Shown piece by piece: positions 9,628 to 20,714 of a stretch of DNA of 64,000 bases. This DNA is from Elusimicrobiota bacterium (GTDB lineage: Bacteria; Elusimicrobiota; Elusimicrobia; F11). Numbering within the stretch: position 1 is the first letter of the stretch; every line of letters begins with the position of its first letter. The stretch is taken from contig JBGAON010000001.1 in assembly GCA_044221725.1 (NCBI GenBank), forward strand, positions 806,954 to 870,953, given 5' to 3'. The position numbers were made by a program, and so were the translations under genes. The notes below the pieces were generated by a model, which saw only the letters and a list, made by a program, of their open reading frames with translations, was not told where the DNA came from and ran no database searches.

Positions 9628-10712
9628 TGTTTTACGCGTTGGCGCAGTTCCGCTCATTTTGGTTTCCCGTCAATGTGTTCCAGTACATCACGTTCCGAAC
9701 GGGCGGCGCGTTCCTTACGGCGTTGTTGATCATGTTAATTTTTGGTCAAAGATTTATTGACCTCGTGAAACGCTGGGAGGTCACTCAGAGCATTCGTGAG
9801 TACGGTCCGCAAACCCATTTAAAGAAAGCCGGAACACCGACGATGGGCGGCCTTCTTATGTTGGCGGCGCTGGTCGTGGCCACACTTCTATGGGCTCGGC
9901 TCAACAATCGGTTCATTCTGTTAACACTGATCTCGGCGGTTTATCTGGGTACGCTCGGTTTTTGGGACGACTACAAAAAGCTTATTCTTAAACACCCGTC
10001 GAAAGGTTTGTCGCAGGGTGGAAAGATTCTTTTTCAACTGATTTGGGCCGTGGGCGTAACCGCGTACTTGTATTTGTATCCACCGAACGATTCGTTTGGC
10101 ACGCATGTGCAAGTGCCGTATTTGAAAAATGTCTTTCTTAATTTGAACTCGTTCATCATTTTGTTCGGCATGGTGGCGGTCATTGGCGCTTCGAATGCGG
10201 TGAATCTCACCGACGGCCTGGATGGGCTTGCGTGTGGCACGCTGCTGATCAGCGCGCTCGCGTACGGCGTTTTTGCGTATCTGGCGGGAAACGCGAAGCT
10301 GTCGTCGTACTTGCGGCTTATTCCGGTGACGGGTGCGGGAGAACTAACCGTTTATCTGGGCGCCATGGCCGGTGCGTGTCTTGGATTTTTGTGGTTCAAT
10401 GGGTATCCAGCGGCGATTTTTATGGGTGACACCGGGTCACTTTTTCTTGGCGGCACCATTGGGCTCGTCGCTATCTCGATTAAGCAAGAAATTATGCTCA
10501 TCATTGTCGGGGGAATTTTTGTGGCCGAAGCCGGGTCGGTGCTGTTGCAAATCGGATCGCTAAAACTTTTTAAGCGGCGCGTTTTCAAAATGTCGCCGCT
10601 TCATCATCACTTTGAAATGCTGGGATGGCCAGAAACCAAAGTTACGCTTCGGTTCTGGATTATCGCGGTGGTTCTCGCGCTCCTGGCCATGACTTCGCTC
10701 AAGCTGCGATGA
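9627..10712 (+). CDS. mraY: Phospho-MurNAc-pentapeptide translocase MraY
   Basis: KAGTPTMGG, DDYKK, NAVNLTDGLDGL, FMGDTGS, PLHHHFE. Confidence 0.97.
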   Translation: MFYALAQFRSFWFPVNVFQYITFRTGGAFLTALLIMLIFGQRFIDLVKRWEVTQSIREYGPQTHLKKAGTPTMGGLLMLAALVVATLLWARLNNRFILLTLISAVYLGTLGFWDDYKKLILKHPSKGLSQGGKILFQLIWAVGVTAYLYLYPPNDSFGTHVQVPYLKNVFLNLNSFIILFGMVAVIGASNAVNLTDGLDGLACGTLLISALAYGVFAYLAGNAKLSSYLRLIPVTGAGELTVYLGAMAGACLGFLWFNGYPAAIFMGDTGSLFLGGTIGLVAISIKQEIMLIIVGGIFVAEAGSVLLQIGSLKLFKRRVFKMSPLHHHFEMLGWPETKVTLRFWIIAVVLALLAMTSLKLR

Positions 10713-11983
10713 AAAACAAGAACGTGGTCGTGGTCGGTGCGGCCAAATCGGGCCTCGCCGCGGCCCGTTTGCTGCTCAAGAAAGGCGCTCGCGTCACGCT
10801 CGTCGACGAGCAACCGCGCGCGAAACTCACGAAAGTGCTTGTTGGTCTTCCGAAACGGATCGCGGTAAAAGCCGGCTCCAAGAAATTCTTCTCTCCAAAT
10901 TGGGACCTCGTCGTGGTCAGCCCTGGTGTACCTTGGGATCATCCGGAGCTCGTGAAAGCGCGTCGAGCTGGAATTCCGGTGTGGCCGGAGCTCGAACTTG
11001 CGTGGCGGTTCGTGAATCCAAAGAAAACCATCGCGATCACGGGAACCAACGGAAAAACAACGACAACCGCTCTGATTGGTCACATTTTAAAACGCGCCGG
11101 GCGTCCAACGATGGTGGCTGGAAATATTGGAACGCCGCTCAGCGCTCTGACCGAAAAAATTTCGAATTCCACGTATCTTGTGCTCGAGGCGTCGAGCTAT
11201 CAGCTTGAAGCGCATCAAACATTTCATCCGAACGTCGGAGTTTTTCTGAATCTCACACCGGACCATTTGAAACGTCACGGAACAATGGCCGGATACGCGG
11301 CCGCGAAAGCGCGGCTGTTTGAGCAAATGTCCGGTCTCGATACGGCAGTGTTGAACGGCCGCGATCCGTGGGTGCGCAAGGTCGCGAAAAACATTCTCGC
11401 GAAGAAAGTGTTTTTTCCGAATCCGGTCGATAAAAAAATCGCGGCGTCCATTGCGCTTCCGGGCCAACACAATTTTGAAAACGCGATGGCCGCGTCCGTT
11501 GCCTGCCGCGCCGTGGGGCTCAGCGATCGTGAAATTCGGGACGGTCTGCGGACATTTAAAGGAGTGCCGCATCGCATCGAATTCATACGTGAGTTGTCGG
11601 GGGTTCGTTACTTTAATGACTCGAAGGCGACGAACGTGGATTCCACGATAGTGGCGCTCAAATCTTTCGGAGATCCCGTTCATTTGATTTTGGGTGGCGA
11701 GCACAAAGGCTCGCCGTACACGCCGCTGATTCCGCTCATTAAGAAAACCGTTAAGAAAATTTATTCGATCGGGGACGCCGCACCCGTTATCGCGCACGAC
11801 TTGAAAAATGTCGCGCCCATCGATGCGGCTCGCACGTTGGCGAACGCCGTGAGCGACGCGCGAAAAAACGCTGCAAAGGGCGACGTGGTTTTGTTGTCGC
11901 CCGCGTGCGCGTCGTTCGACCAATTCAAAAACTTCGAGCACCGCGGCGAAGAGTTCGCCAGACTCGTGTGGGGCCTCAAGTGA
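10709..11983 (+). CDS. murD: UDP-MurNAc-L-Ala:D-Glu ligase MurD
   Basis: SPGV, GTNGKTTTT, SSYQL, NDSKATN, SPACASFDQF. ATGA overlap with mraY. Confidence 0.96.
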   Translation: MKNKNVVVVGAAKSGLAAARLLLKKGARVTLVDEQPRAKLTKVLVGLPKRIAVKAGSKKFFSPNWDLVVVSPGVPWDHPELVKARRAGIPVWPELELAWRFVNPKKTIAITGTNGKTTTTALIGHILKRAGRPTMVAGNIGTPLSALTEKISNSTYLVLEASSYQLEAHQTFHPNVGVFLNLTPDHLKRHGTMAGYAAAKARLFEQMSGLDTAVLNGRDPWVRKVAKNILAKKVFFPNPVDKKIAASIALPGQHNFENAMAASVACRAVGLSDREIRDGLRTFKGVPHRIEFIRELSGVRYFNDSKATNVDSTIVALKSFGDPVHLILGGEHKGSPYTPLIPLIKKTVKKIYSIGDAAPVIAHDLKNVAPIDAARTLANAVSDARKNAAKGDVVLLSPACASFDQFKNFEHRGEEFARLVWGLK

Positions 11984-13176
11984 AACGAGTGATGTCGCGT
12001 TATCAATTCGTCTCGAAAAAAGCGACCGAAGAGAAAAAGATAACGAAGTTTTTTTCGATTCAGTCGCTTATGCGCGCGCCCTACCCCGACACCGGGCTGC
12101 TGTTGTCGGTGTTCGGTCTGCTCGTGTTCGGCTGGGTGATGATCTACTCATCGAGCGCGCTCTTCGCTGAAACGCGTTACCACGACCAATTTTATTTCGT
12201 CAAGCGGCAGATGATGTGGTCGGTGATCGGAATGGGCGGGTTCCTGATGGCCGCGAACATTCCATTCCCATTTTGGCAGACGCACGTAAAAAAACTTTAT
12301 GTTTGTGTTCTTGTGGCTCTCATTCTCGTGCTGGTGATCGGCCCCAAAATTTCGGGGGCGCGCCGTTGGATTCATTTTCCGGGTGGAAGTTTTCAGCCAT
12401 CCGAAGCCGCAAAAGTAGTAATGGTGCTCATTGTGGCGGATTATTTGGATCGACGTCAGAGTCGCATCAAAGATTTTAAAAAGGGCCTGTTGCCGCTGCT
12501 TTTGATGGTGGGTTTCATGTTGGGCTTGATCCTCATTGAGCCCGACCTCGGCACGCCGATGCTCATGACGGGCGTGCTTTTCACGCTGCTAATGCTCGGT
12601 GGAGCGCGCTGGACGCATTTTTTTGCAATGGGAATCGCGATGTTGCCGGTGTTGGTCGTCGCCGTTTTCAAGGTTCGTTACCGATTGGAACGTCTGTTCG
12701 CTTACATGAATCCGTGGGGCGACGCAAAAGGAAAAGGCTACCAGTTGATCCAATCATTGATCGCTATGGGGTCCGGCGGGTTTTTTGGGCGCGGGCTTGG
12801 CAATTCTCGGCTTAAGATTGCGAATTTGCCCGAATGTCACACCGATTTCATTTTTTCGATCCTCGGCGAGGAGCTTGGCCTTATTGGAACCCTCTTTTGC
12901 GCGGCGCTCTTTTTGTTTTTGTGCGTTCGCAGTTTAAAAATTGCCAAGCGCGCGCCCGATACGTTTTCGCGCCTTGTTGCGGCCGGTATTGGACTCACGA
13001 TTGGTTACCAGGCGCTCATCAACATGGGCGTTGCTTGCGGTCTTTTTCCGACGAAAGGAATGCCGCTTCCGTTTTTATCGTTCGGCGGTTCGTCGCTAGT
13101 GATCACGCTTTTTTCGGTGGGTCTCCTCGCAAACGTTTCGCGGCGGGCGCAGATCCCGTTCGAAAAGGGACGTTGA
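11980..13176 (+). CDS. ftsW: SEDS peptidoglycan polymerase FtsW
   Basis: GARRW, FQPSE, EPDLG, HTDFIF, EELG, PFLSFGGSS. Start is GTG 11980 or ATG 11992. Confidence 0.94.
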   Translation: MKRVMSRYQFVSKKATEEKKITKFFSIQSLMRAPYPDTGLLLSVFGLLVFGWVMIYSSSALFAETRYHDQFYFVKRQMMWSVIGMGGFLMAANIPFPFWQTHVKKLYVCVLVALILVLVIGPKISGARRWIHFPGGSFQPSEAAKVVMVLIVADYLDRRQSRIKDFKKGLLPLLLMVGFMLGLILIEPDLGTPMLMTGVLFTLLMLGGARWTHFFAMGIAMLPVLVVAVFKVRYRLERLFAYMNPWGDAKGKGYQLIQSLIAMGSGGFFGRGLGNSRLKIANLPECHTDFIFSILGEELGLIGTLFCAALFLFLCVRSLKIAKRAPDTFSRLVAAGIGLTIGYQALINMGVACGLFPTKGMPLPFLSFGGSSLVITLFSVGLLANVSRRAQIPFEKGR

Positions 13177-14252
13177 TGCGCATTGCGATTGCCGCGGGCG
13201 GCACCGGCGGACATTTTTACCCAGGATTGGCGGTTGCCAAAGAATTGCAACGTTCGGGAGAGTCCTTCTTTTTCATCATCAAAAAAGGGGATTACGTGCG
13301 GCCACTTTTGGATCGCGAAAAAATTCCCTACCACCTGATTTCTGCGGCCGGCTTTCAGCGAAAGTTCAGTCCCAAAATCTTTGTTGGTGTCTTCAATCTT
13401 GTTGCCGGTTTTTTCCAATCAATAAAGATATTGCGTTCGGAAAAACCGGCGGCCTTGCTCGTCATGGGCGGTTATCTCTCGGCGCCACCGGCACTTGCGG
13501 CGCATCTATTGGGGATTCCGGTGGTTCTGCACGAACAGAATGTGATTCCCGGTTTGGCGAACCGCTTCATTCGGCATTTCGTTCGGAAGGTGGCCATTAG
13601 TTTTCCTGGCAGCGCGAAGTTTGACACGAAGGCGGTGTTGACCGGAAATCCGATTCGGGCCGAATTTTCCAATCTCCCGACCAAGGCAGAGGCGCGAAAG
13701 AAGTGGGGACTCGAATTCGATAAATTTACTTTGCTCGTGTTTGGCGGCAGTCTCGGCGCACAAAAATTAAACAATCTCGTTTTGTCGGCGTTCGAACAGA
13801 TGGATCCCGTAAATTTGCAGGTGATCCATATCGCGGGTCCACTCGATGTTATTTCCGTGCGCGATAGGTACGAAAGACTGCCGTTCAAATCGTACGTGGA
13901 TTCGTATTGTCACGATATGCCGGCCGCGTACGCCGCGTGCGACTGGGTTGTTTGCCGGGCTGGCGCTTCCACAATCTCGGAGCTTATGGTCGTCAAGAAA
14001 CCGTCAATTTTGGTGCCGTACCCGCTCGCCACCGATGATCATCAGACCGCGAACGCGCGAGTGTTAGCGGATGTTGGGGCGGCGCTCTTGCATCAACAGA
14101 AAGAACTTACCGTGGAAAATCTCAGAGATATTTTTGAAAAGTTGATTGCGGGAACGATGCGGATTGGTTCAGAAGGCTTTCAGCGATTGCCGATTGATCC
14201 GGCGCTCGCTTCGCAAAAGATTGCGGCGTTAATTCGAGAAGTAGCTGCTTAA
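13176..14252 (+). CDS. murG: Lipid II GlcNAc transferase MurG
   Basis: GGTGGHFYP, HEQN, GNPIR, FGGSLGA, RAGAST, HQTANA. Confidence 0.96.
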   Translation: MRIAIAAGGTGGHFYPGLAVAKELQRSGESFFFIIKKGDYVRPLLDREKIPYHLISAAGFQRKFSPKIFVGVFNLVAGFFQSIKILRSEKPAALLVMGGYLSAPPALAAHLLGIPVVLHEQNVIPGLANRFIRHFVRKVAISFPGSAKFDTKAVLTGNPIRAEFSNLPTKAEARKKWGLEFDKFTLLVFGGSLGAQKLNNLVLSAFEQMDPVNLQVIHIAGPLDVISVRDRYERLPFKSYVDSYCHDMPAAYAACDWVVCRAGASTISELMVVKKPSILVPYPLATDDHQTANARVLADVGAALLHQQKELTVENLRDIFEKLIAGTMRIGSEGFQRLPIDPALASQKIAALIREVAA

Positions 14253-14882
14253 CCCCGCCGTGATCGCCTGCGCGATCTTTGTCTGATATTCATCGGTTGA
14301 CAGTTTTTTCCCTTCGTTACGGTTGCTTAAAAAGCCGGTTTCCACAAGAATGCTCGGCATGGTCGTTTGATCCAGCACCGTGTAGCTGTCGCGCGTCAAT
14401 TTTCTGTCCTGCGCTTTCAAATCTTTAATGAGCCGCCGGTGCACCGATTCACCGAGCCGTTGAGAGGCCGGTGACTTATAAAAGGTTGTTATGCCGTGAA
14501 TTTTCGTGCGCGGATCCCAATCGCAATGAATCGCGATAAATGCTTCGGCTTTGAGCTCGTTTGCGAGGATCGCGCGCGCGCGGTTGTCTTCGGTGACGCT
14601 CGACGCCTGGCGCCAATAGTCCGTTGGTGTTCGCGTGTAGATCACGCGGCCGCCCGCTTCCTCAATCCTCTTGCCGATCTTCTGGACGATATCGAACGTG
14701 AGTCTGTTCTCAACAAGTTTTCCGTTGCGGCTGATTTTCCCGGAATTGATGACGTGACCTCGATAATCGATCGTACCGTGGCCCGCATCGAGCACGATCA
14801 GATGACCTGCGAGTGGCGAATCCGAAAACGCGGACGGTGCGGCGACGCCCAGAACCAGGAGACTTAAGAGAAGTCGGCGCAT
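14229..14882 (-). CDS. N-acetylmuramoyl-L-alanine amidase (Amidase_3), secreted
   Basis: Signal peptide, LDAGHG, E, IAIHCD, LVETGF. Confidence 0.88.
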   Translation of the reverse strand: MRRLLLSLLVLGVAAPSAFSDSPLAGHLIVLDAGHGTIDYRGHVINSGKISRNGKLVENRLTFDIVQKIGKRIEEAGGRVIYTRTPTDYWRQASSVTEDNRARAILANELKAEAFIAIHCDWDPRTKIHGITTFYKSPASQRLGESVHRRLIKDLKAQDRKLTRDSYTVLDQTTMPSILVETGFLSNRNEGKKLSTDEYQTKIAQAITAGLSSYFSN

Positions 14883-15946
14883 CAACTCTTGTTGAGGTGA
14901 TCGATCAGTTGGCGCAGCCGCCCGTTGTTGGTGCGGTTGAACGGAAACACAAGCCGCGGAAGGTGTTTCAATTCCGGCTGGTTCGCTTCTTCGTCGAGAG
15001 GACCGCTGGTGATGAATTCACCCTTGTTAACGATGTCTTTGAACTTCGCGTTGATCACTTTCAGCTGACCTTTGTCGATGGGCCGTTTCGTGCGCATCAC
15101 GAGGTTATCACCGACGTAACGCATGGAGTGGTAATTCGAATAGAACCGGAAGATTTCGGTGGCCGCTTCTTCTACAGAGTCGGTGATCTTGAAGAGGCTC
15201 AAATCTTCCTTCGAAATCTTTCCTTTCTTAAGCATGCTAGTGAGGATGAACTTGTTCAAATCCTTCCAATAGGTCTGTTTCGGCGCATCGACAAATACAA
15301 CCGGAATCGGGTCGCACTTGCCGGTTTGAACCAACGTGAGAATTTCAAATGCCTCGTCCAATGTCCCAAAACCGCCCGGGAAAAACGCGGCGCCCGCCGC
15401 TTCTTTGACGAACACAAGTTTCCGTGTGAAGAAGTACCGGCAGTCGATGTAGGTGGGTTGGTCTGCAATAAATGGATTCGCGTGTTGCTCGTATGGCAGC
15501 CGAATATTCACGCCAAAGCTTCCGCTGGGGCCGGCGCCGGCGTTTCCGGCTTCCATTATGCCAGGCCCCGCGCCCGTGATGATCATGTAACCGTTATCGA
15601 TGAGTTTTTTCGCGAATATTTTGGTCATCTGGTACGATGCGTCCGACGACGGCGTGCGCGCCGATCCGAAAATACTGACCTTTCGAACGTTGCGGTATTG
15701 CTGGAAAATTTTAAACGCGTAGCGGAGTTCGCGTATCGCGCGACTGAGAAGTTTGAGATCGCCGCGGCCAATGCGCGCTTCGACGCCTTTGAGCGCCGTC
15801 ACAATCATCTCGCTAACAACATCAGCATTTTGGAACGGTTGTCCGACGGGTTCGATCTTTTTGATGATTTCTTGGATTGATTTTTGGACGTGAGGACTCC
15901 ACGGCCCGGTGGAATTCTGATGATTCGTTTTTGTTGAGGATTTCAT
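14882..15946 (-). CDS. LOG-family (Lonely Guy/lysine decarboxylase-like) nucleotide phosphoribohydrolase
   Basis: IFGSAR, TGAGPGIMEA, YFFTRK, PGGFGTLDE. Confidence 0.9.
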   Translation of the reverse strand: MKSSTKTNHQNSTGPWSPHVQKSIQEIIKKIEPVGQPFQNADVVSEMIVTALKGVEARIGRGDLKLLSRAIRELRYAFKIFQQYRNVRKVSIFGSARTPSSDASYQMTKIFAKKLIDNGYMIITGAGPGIMEAGNAGAGPSGSFGVNIRLPYEQHANPFIADQPTYIDCRYFFTRKLVFVKEAAGAAFFPGGFGTLDEAFEILTLVQTGKCDPIPVVFVDAPKQTYWKDLNKFILTSMLKKGKISKEDLSLFKITDSVEEAATEIFRFYSNYHSMRYVGDNLVMRTKRPIDKGQLKVINAKFKDIVNKGEFITSGPLDEEANQPELKHLPRLVFPFNRTNNGRLRQLIDHLNKS

Positions 15947-16054
15947 GTCGATGGTTCCTTTATTTTGCTTCCTTATTCTTACTTGGAGTTTAGTCCCATC
16001 CCGCGGACGAATCAATGCCAATTTTCGTGCCGATTCGGTTAATATTCAATTCCC

Positions 16055-18052
16055 ATGAGCAGATTTGAAGTTGTTTCTGATTTTAAACCGGCCGGCGATC
16101 AAATCCAAGCGATCAAAGATCTGACGGCGGCGCTCTCCGCCGGGAAACCACACAATGTTTTGCTTGGCGTCACCGGATCCGGCAAAACGTTTACGATGGC
16201 GAACGTGATTGCGAACCTCGGAAAACCAACGCTCGTGATGTCACCGAACAAAATCCTTGCGGCGCAGTTGTACGCAGAGTTTAAGTCGTTCTTTCCGAAG
16301 AACGCGGTCGAATATTTCATCTCCTATTATGATTATTACCAGCCCGAAGCCTATGTCCCGCAGTCGGACACGTTTATCGAAAAAGACGCGAGCATCAACG
16401 AACACATCGACCGGTTGCGGCTGAAAGCGACATCGAGTCTTATGGAACGCGAAGACGTCATTATCGTCGCGAGCGTGTCATGCATCTACGGTTTGGGGTC
16501 GCCTTCCGAATACAAACGGCTCGGCGTTTTCCTGGAAGCGGGGAAACCCAAGTCCAACCGCCAACTGCTCGATGATTTGATCGCGATCAACTACGAGCGC
16601 AACGAAATGGAATTTCGGCCCGGCAAGTTCCGTGTGCGCGGCGATACGGTGGAGATTTTCCCGGCGTATCTCGACACGGCGCTTCGCGTCGAATTTTTCG
16701 GCGACGAAGTGGAGAAAATTCGGGAAATCCACCCGGTCACCGGCAAAGTGCTCGTTGATAAAGACAAGGCTTATATTTATCCGGCCAAACACTTTGTGAC
16801 CACGCGGCCGACGATTGACCGTGCCCTGAAGGAAATCGAGAGAGAACTCGCCGAACAGCTAGCGTTCTTTAAATCCAAGGGAAAATTGTTGGAGGCCCAG
16901 CGGCTTGAGCAGCGCACGCGTTACGATATGGAAATGTTGCGCGAACTTGGTTTCTGCCATGGGATTGAAAACTATTCGCGTCCGCTGTCGGGACGAAAAC
17001 CGGGAGAACGCCCGGACTGTTTGCTCGATTACTTTCCGGAAGATTTTCTCACGGTGATCGATGAGTCCCACGTGACGCTGCCGCAAATTCGCGGCATGTA
17101 CGAAGGCGACCGTTCGCGCAAGCAAACGTTGGTGGATTTCGGGTTCCGGCTTCCGTGCGCGCTCGACAATCGACCGCTCAAGTTCAACGAGTTCGATGCC
17201 ATGGTTCGGCAGGCCGTGTATGTGTCGGCGACACCCGGCCCGATCGAATTGGAAAAGGCAAAGGGGGAGATTGTCGAGCAGGTGATTCGGCCAACGGGGC
17301 TTGTGGATCCTGGTATCACCATTCGTCCAACGATCGGCCAAATTCCGGATCTCATGGAACGCATCAAGCAACACACGGCGAAAGGCGGCCGCGTGTTAAT
17401 CACGACGCTCACAAAAAAAATGGCCGAGGATTTGACCGATTATCTCACCGAACAGGATTTCAAAGTCCGTTACATGCATTCCGACATCGACGCGCTTGAA
17501 CGCATCGAGATCATTCAATCGTTGCGCAAAGGGACGTTCGACGTTCTGGTCGGAATCAATCTGTTGCGAGAAGGATTGGATTTGCCCGAGGTCTCGTTGG
17601 TCGCTGTCCTCGATGCCGATAAAGAAGGTTTTCTGCGCTCGGAAACAACGCTGATCCAAGTGTGCGGGCGCGCCGCGCGAAACGTAAACGGGGAAGTTAT
17701 TCTCTACGCGGACGTGATGACGGGTTCCATGAAACGAGCGCTCGATGAAATGTCGCGTCGCCGCGAGAAGCAGTTGGCGTACAATGCCGAACACAAAATA
17801 TTGCCCAAGTCCGTTGTAAAGGCGGTGCAAGATCTCGAGGAGTTTCAGGTAAAAGCGCGAGAGGATGGAATTCGAGAGGCGTATTCGCGCGAAGCGCTGA
17901 ACATTACCGATAAGAAAAGTTTGAACGGGGCCCTGAAAGAATTGGAAGCGCAAATGCGGTCCGCAGCGGACGTGCTCGACTTTGAACTGGCCGCGATTCT
18001 CCGGGACCGGATTCGCGATTTGAAGCAGATGGAAGTAAAAGGAAAGGCCTAA
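16055..18052 (+). CDS. uvrB: Excinuclease ABC subunit B
   Basis: [28 protein letters not shown]-terminal UVR motif. Confidence 0.98.
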   Translation: MSRFEVVSDFKPAGDQIQAIKDLTAALSAGKPHNVLLGVTGSGKTFTMANVIANLGKPTLVMSPNKILAAQLYAEFKSFFPKNAVEYFISYYDYYQPEAYVPQSDTFIEKDASINEHIDRLRLKATSSLMEREDVIIVASVSCIYGLGSPSEYKRLGVFLEAGKPKSNRQLLDDLIAINYERNEMEFRPGKFRVRGDTVEIFPAYLDTALRVEFFGDEVEKIREIHPVTGKVLVDKDKAYIYPAKHFVTTRPTIDRALKEIERELAEQLAFFKSKGKLLEAQRLEQRTRYDMEMLRELGFCHGIENYSRPLSGRKPGERPDCLLDYFPEDFLTVIDESHVTLPQIRGMYEGDRSRKQTLVDFGFRLPCALDNRPLKFNEFDAMVRQAVYVSATPGPIELEKAKGEIVEQVIRPTGLVDPGITIRPTIGQIPDLMERIKQHTAKGGRVLITTLTKKMAEDLTDYLTEQDFKVRYMHSDIDALERIEIIQSLRKGTFDVLVGINLLREGLDLPEVSLVAVLDADKEGFLRSETTLIQVCGRAARNVNGEVILYADVMTGSMKRALDEMSRRREKQLAYNAEHKILPKSVVKAVQDLEEFQVKAREDGIREAYSREALNITDKKSLNGALKELEAQMRSAADVLDFELAAILRDRIRDLKQMEVKGKA

Positions 18053-19245
18053 AGTTTTTTCGCGCGCGGATTTTCGCGCGGAAGATCAATCACCATTGGC
18101 GTTCCGTCGACTGGAACGGAGTCTGGTGACGGCGTTGGTGGCGCACCACCGGCAGCGCCTTCTCTGCCATTCCACACACCACGATCAACGCCGCGAAGTT
18201 TGAGTGCCAAATCTTCGAGGTTTGTTGCGTGATTGAGCGCTTCTTGCGTGCTGATCAAATTCTGCGCGTGCAAATGTTCGAGATCTTGATCGAATGTGTG
18301 CATGCCGTAGTAGGTGTCTTGGGACAACAGCCGCAGCACTTCTTCGGTGCGCCCTTCTGCCAGCAATCTTTTCATGAACGTCGTTCCGATCAGAATTTCG
18401 GTCGCCGGATATCGGTGGCTGCCATCGGTTGAACGAACCAGTCGCTGTGCCACCACTCCGGACACGACACCCGCGACTTGCTGGCGAACGCTGTTTTGTT
18501 CGTGCGGCGGAAACGCATCGACGATACGGTTTACTGCGTGCACCGCATCAATTGTGTGAATCGTCGACAATACCAGATGGCCGGATTCCGCAGCCGAAAT
18601 CGCGGCCGACATTGTTTCCAAATCCCGCATTTCGCCGATAGCGATGACGTCCGGGCTCTGGCGCAACACATTTTTCAGCGCCGCTTTAAAAGACGCGGTG
18701 TCGTGGCCGACCTCGCGTTGCGAAACCGAGGACTTAATGTCCGTGTGGATGTACTCAATCGGATCCTCGATCGTGATAATGTTGTAGGTGTAGTTGGCAT
18801 TGAGAAAATTGATGATCGCGTTCATGGTGGTCGTTTTGCCAGCGCCGGTGACGCCCGCGAACAAGATCAAGCCGCGGCCCTGCGCGACCAGCTTTTTGAG
18901 GGTCTGAGTGGGAAGGTGCAAATCTTCGAAGGTTTTTAGCGTCAACGGAATTGTGCGTAGGGCGACAGCCACCGTTCCTTTTTGACGGTAAAGATTAACG
19001 CGGAAACGGCTAACTCCGTCGACGGTGCAAGCAACGTCCAATTCGTGGCGTTCGGCAAAATCTTTTTGTTGCTGGGGGGTTAGCAAGCTTTTCGAAATTT
19101 CTTCGGTTTGTGCGGCGGTGAGGGGTTCGAGGTTTGTTTGTACCAATTGTCCATTTACGCGAATGAGGGGACACGACCCAGGCTTGAAAAGGATGTCTGA
19201 AATTCCATCTCTCAGCATCAACTCTATGAGGCGCTTGTATTCCAT
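18049..19245 (-). CDS. PilT/PilU-family type IV pilus retraction ATPase
   Basis: Walker [33 protein letters not shown]. The canonical PilT AIRNLIRE motif is absent. Confidence 0.9.
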   Translation of the reverse strand: MEYKRLIELMLRDGISDILFKPGSCPLIRVNGQLVQTNLEPLTAAQTEEISKSLLTPQQQKDFAERHELDVACTVDGVSRFRVNLYRQKGTVAVALRTIPLTLKTFEDLHLPTQTLKKLVAQGRGLILFAGVTGAGKTTTMNAIINFLNANYTYNIITIEDPIEYIHTDIKSSVSQREVGHDTASFKAALKNVLRQSPDVIAIGEMRDLETMSAAISAAESGHLVLSTIHTIDAVHAVNRIVDAFPPHEQNSVRQQVAGVVSGVVAQRLVRSTDGSHRYPATEILIGTTFMKRLLAEGRTEEVLRLLSQDTYYGMHTFDQDLEHLHAQNLISTQEALNHATNLEDLALKLRGVDRGVWNGREGAAGGAPPTPSPDSVPVDGTPMVIDLPRENPRAKKL

Positions 19246-19366
19246 AAAACCCCTCTTAAAACGACGTGAAAATCACCCTTAAAACGTAACGAAATGGCCG
19301 GGCTTTGCAAGGCTTTTTTGCTTCTTTTCGATGGAGTAAAGGAACGCCGCTAGAACGCGGGTGGGA

Positions 19367-20584
19367 TTACCAGGAGGGCAGCAGAATCGGCTCTGTCTGG
19401 TTTTCGCGGGGAGCGTACTTCGTCATGATTGGCACGATTTTGTCCAGACTGCGGTGCAGCGCTTCAACGACCTTTGGATCGAAATGTTTCCCCGATCCAT
19501 CGTCGATAATCTTCAGCGTATCCTCGAGAGAAAAAGACGGTTTGTAGACCCGTTTGCTGGTGAGCGCATCGAATACGTCGGCTATTGTCGCGATCCGAGC
19601 CTCGATCGGAATTTCCTCGCCGCGGAGCGCGCGAGGGTAGCCGGTGCCATCCCATTTTTCATGATGGCAAAGCGCAACCGTGGCCGACATTTGCATCAGT
19701 TCATTTTCGGCGTCTTTCAAAATTTCGAATCCGTGTTGCGGGTGCTTCTTCATTTCCACCCATTCTTCGTCGTTCAGTTTGCCGGGTTTGTTCAAGATTG
19801 CGTCGGGCACGCCGATTTTTCCGATATCGTGCATTGGTGCCGCCAGGCGGAGATTTTCGGCCCAATCGGTGTCGAACCCCATCTCGCGCGCGATAATGCC
19901 GGAGTACTGGCTCATTCTCCACAAATGCGCGCGCGTGTCGTGATCCTTGAACTCGACGGCGGCCGCGAGACGAATAATGGTTTCCTGCGTGGCCTTTCGA
20001 ATTTCTTGGTAAAGCTGCGCGTTTTCAATGTGACCGGCCGCTTGGTCGGACAAAAGGGTAAGGATTTCTTCGTCTTGCTTGTCGAAGAAGTTTCGCTCCT
20101 TATTATTAAGGACCTGGAACACGCCGATCACCATGTTCTTTGCGTTGAGCATCGGTGCCGTTAACATGGAGCGGGTTCGGTAACCGGTTTTTTTGTCGAC
20201 GTCGGGATTGAATCGCTGGTCTTTGTAGACGTCTTTGATGTTCAGCATTTGCCCCGTGATGGCGACGGCACCGGCGATACCTTTGCCGAGAGGAATTCGA
20301 ATCGTTTCGGTGCCCGAGGCGACCTTCGACCACAATTCATTTTTCTTTCGGTCGACGACGAACACCGTTGCGCGCTCGGCGTTCAAAACGACTTTGGATT
20401 CGTCAACGAGAAGTTGTAACAGGTCGTCAAAATTTGTGGTGGTGGAAGCTTTTTTTGCGAACTTCAGCAGTGCATTGAGGCGGCGGCGCCATTTCGATAA
20501 GCGTTCGAGCTGAGCCTTGTAGTTTTCGGTGGAACGAGATGAATTCCCGCGTCGAACGGGTTTCTTCTTCTTGTTCGTGGTCAT
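19367..20584 (-). CDS. GAF plus HD-GYP cyclic-dinucleotide phosphodiesterase
   Basis: GAF features (GIAG, RFNPDVD, NK..F...DE) and HD-GYP motifs MHDIGK, HHEKWDGTGYP, ADVFDAL. Confidence 0.92.
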   Translation of the reverse strand: MTTNKKKKPVRRGNSSRSTENYKAQLERLSKWRRRLNALLKFAKKASTTTNFDDLLQLLVDESKVVLNAERATVFVVDRKKNELWSKVASGTETIRIPLGKGIAGAVAITGQMLNIKDVYKDQRFNPDVDKKTGYRTRSMLTAPMLNAKNMVIGVFQVLNNKERNFFDKQDEEILTLLSDQAAGHIENAQLYQEIRKATQETIIRLAAAVEFKDHDTRAHLWRMSQYSGIIAREMGFDTDWAENLRLAAPMHDIGKIGVPDAILNKPGKLNDEEWVEMKKHPQHGFEILKDAENELMQMSATVALCHHEKWDGTGYPRALRGEEIPIEARIATIADVFDALTSKRVYKPSFSLEDTLKIIDDGSGKHFDPKVVEALHRSLDKIVPIMTKYAPRENQTEPILLPSW

Positions 20585-20714
20585 TGGTGCGGAAGTGTAA
20601 CTAATTTTCGCGATGTTTTCATAAGCGCTAAGTCCAAATGTAGACGGTGACGCCATCGTGTGCCAGCGGTTTCCGAAAAAAACGCTTCGTGTTTGCTACT
20701 CTTAACGACAATCC

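Noticed and set aside
14813..15880. 355-aa plus-strand ORF
   Set aside because: Antisense shadow of the LOG gene with no recognisable motifs.
16017..16033. Sigma54-like motif on the minus strand (CGGCACGAAAATTGG) upstream of LOG
   Set aside because: The -12 element reads GG instead of the near-invariant GC.
19361..20164. 267-aa plus-strand ORF
   Set aside because: Antisense to the HD-GYP gene.
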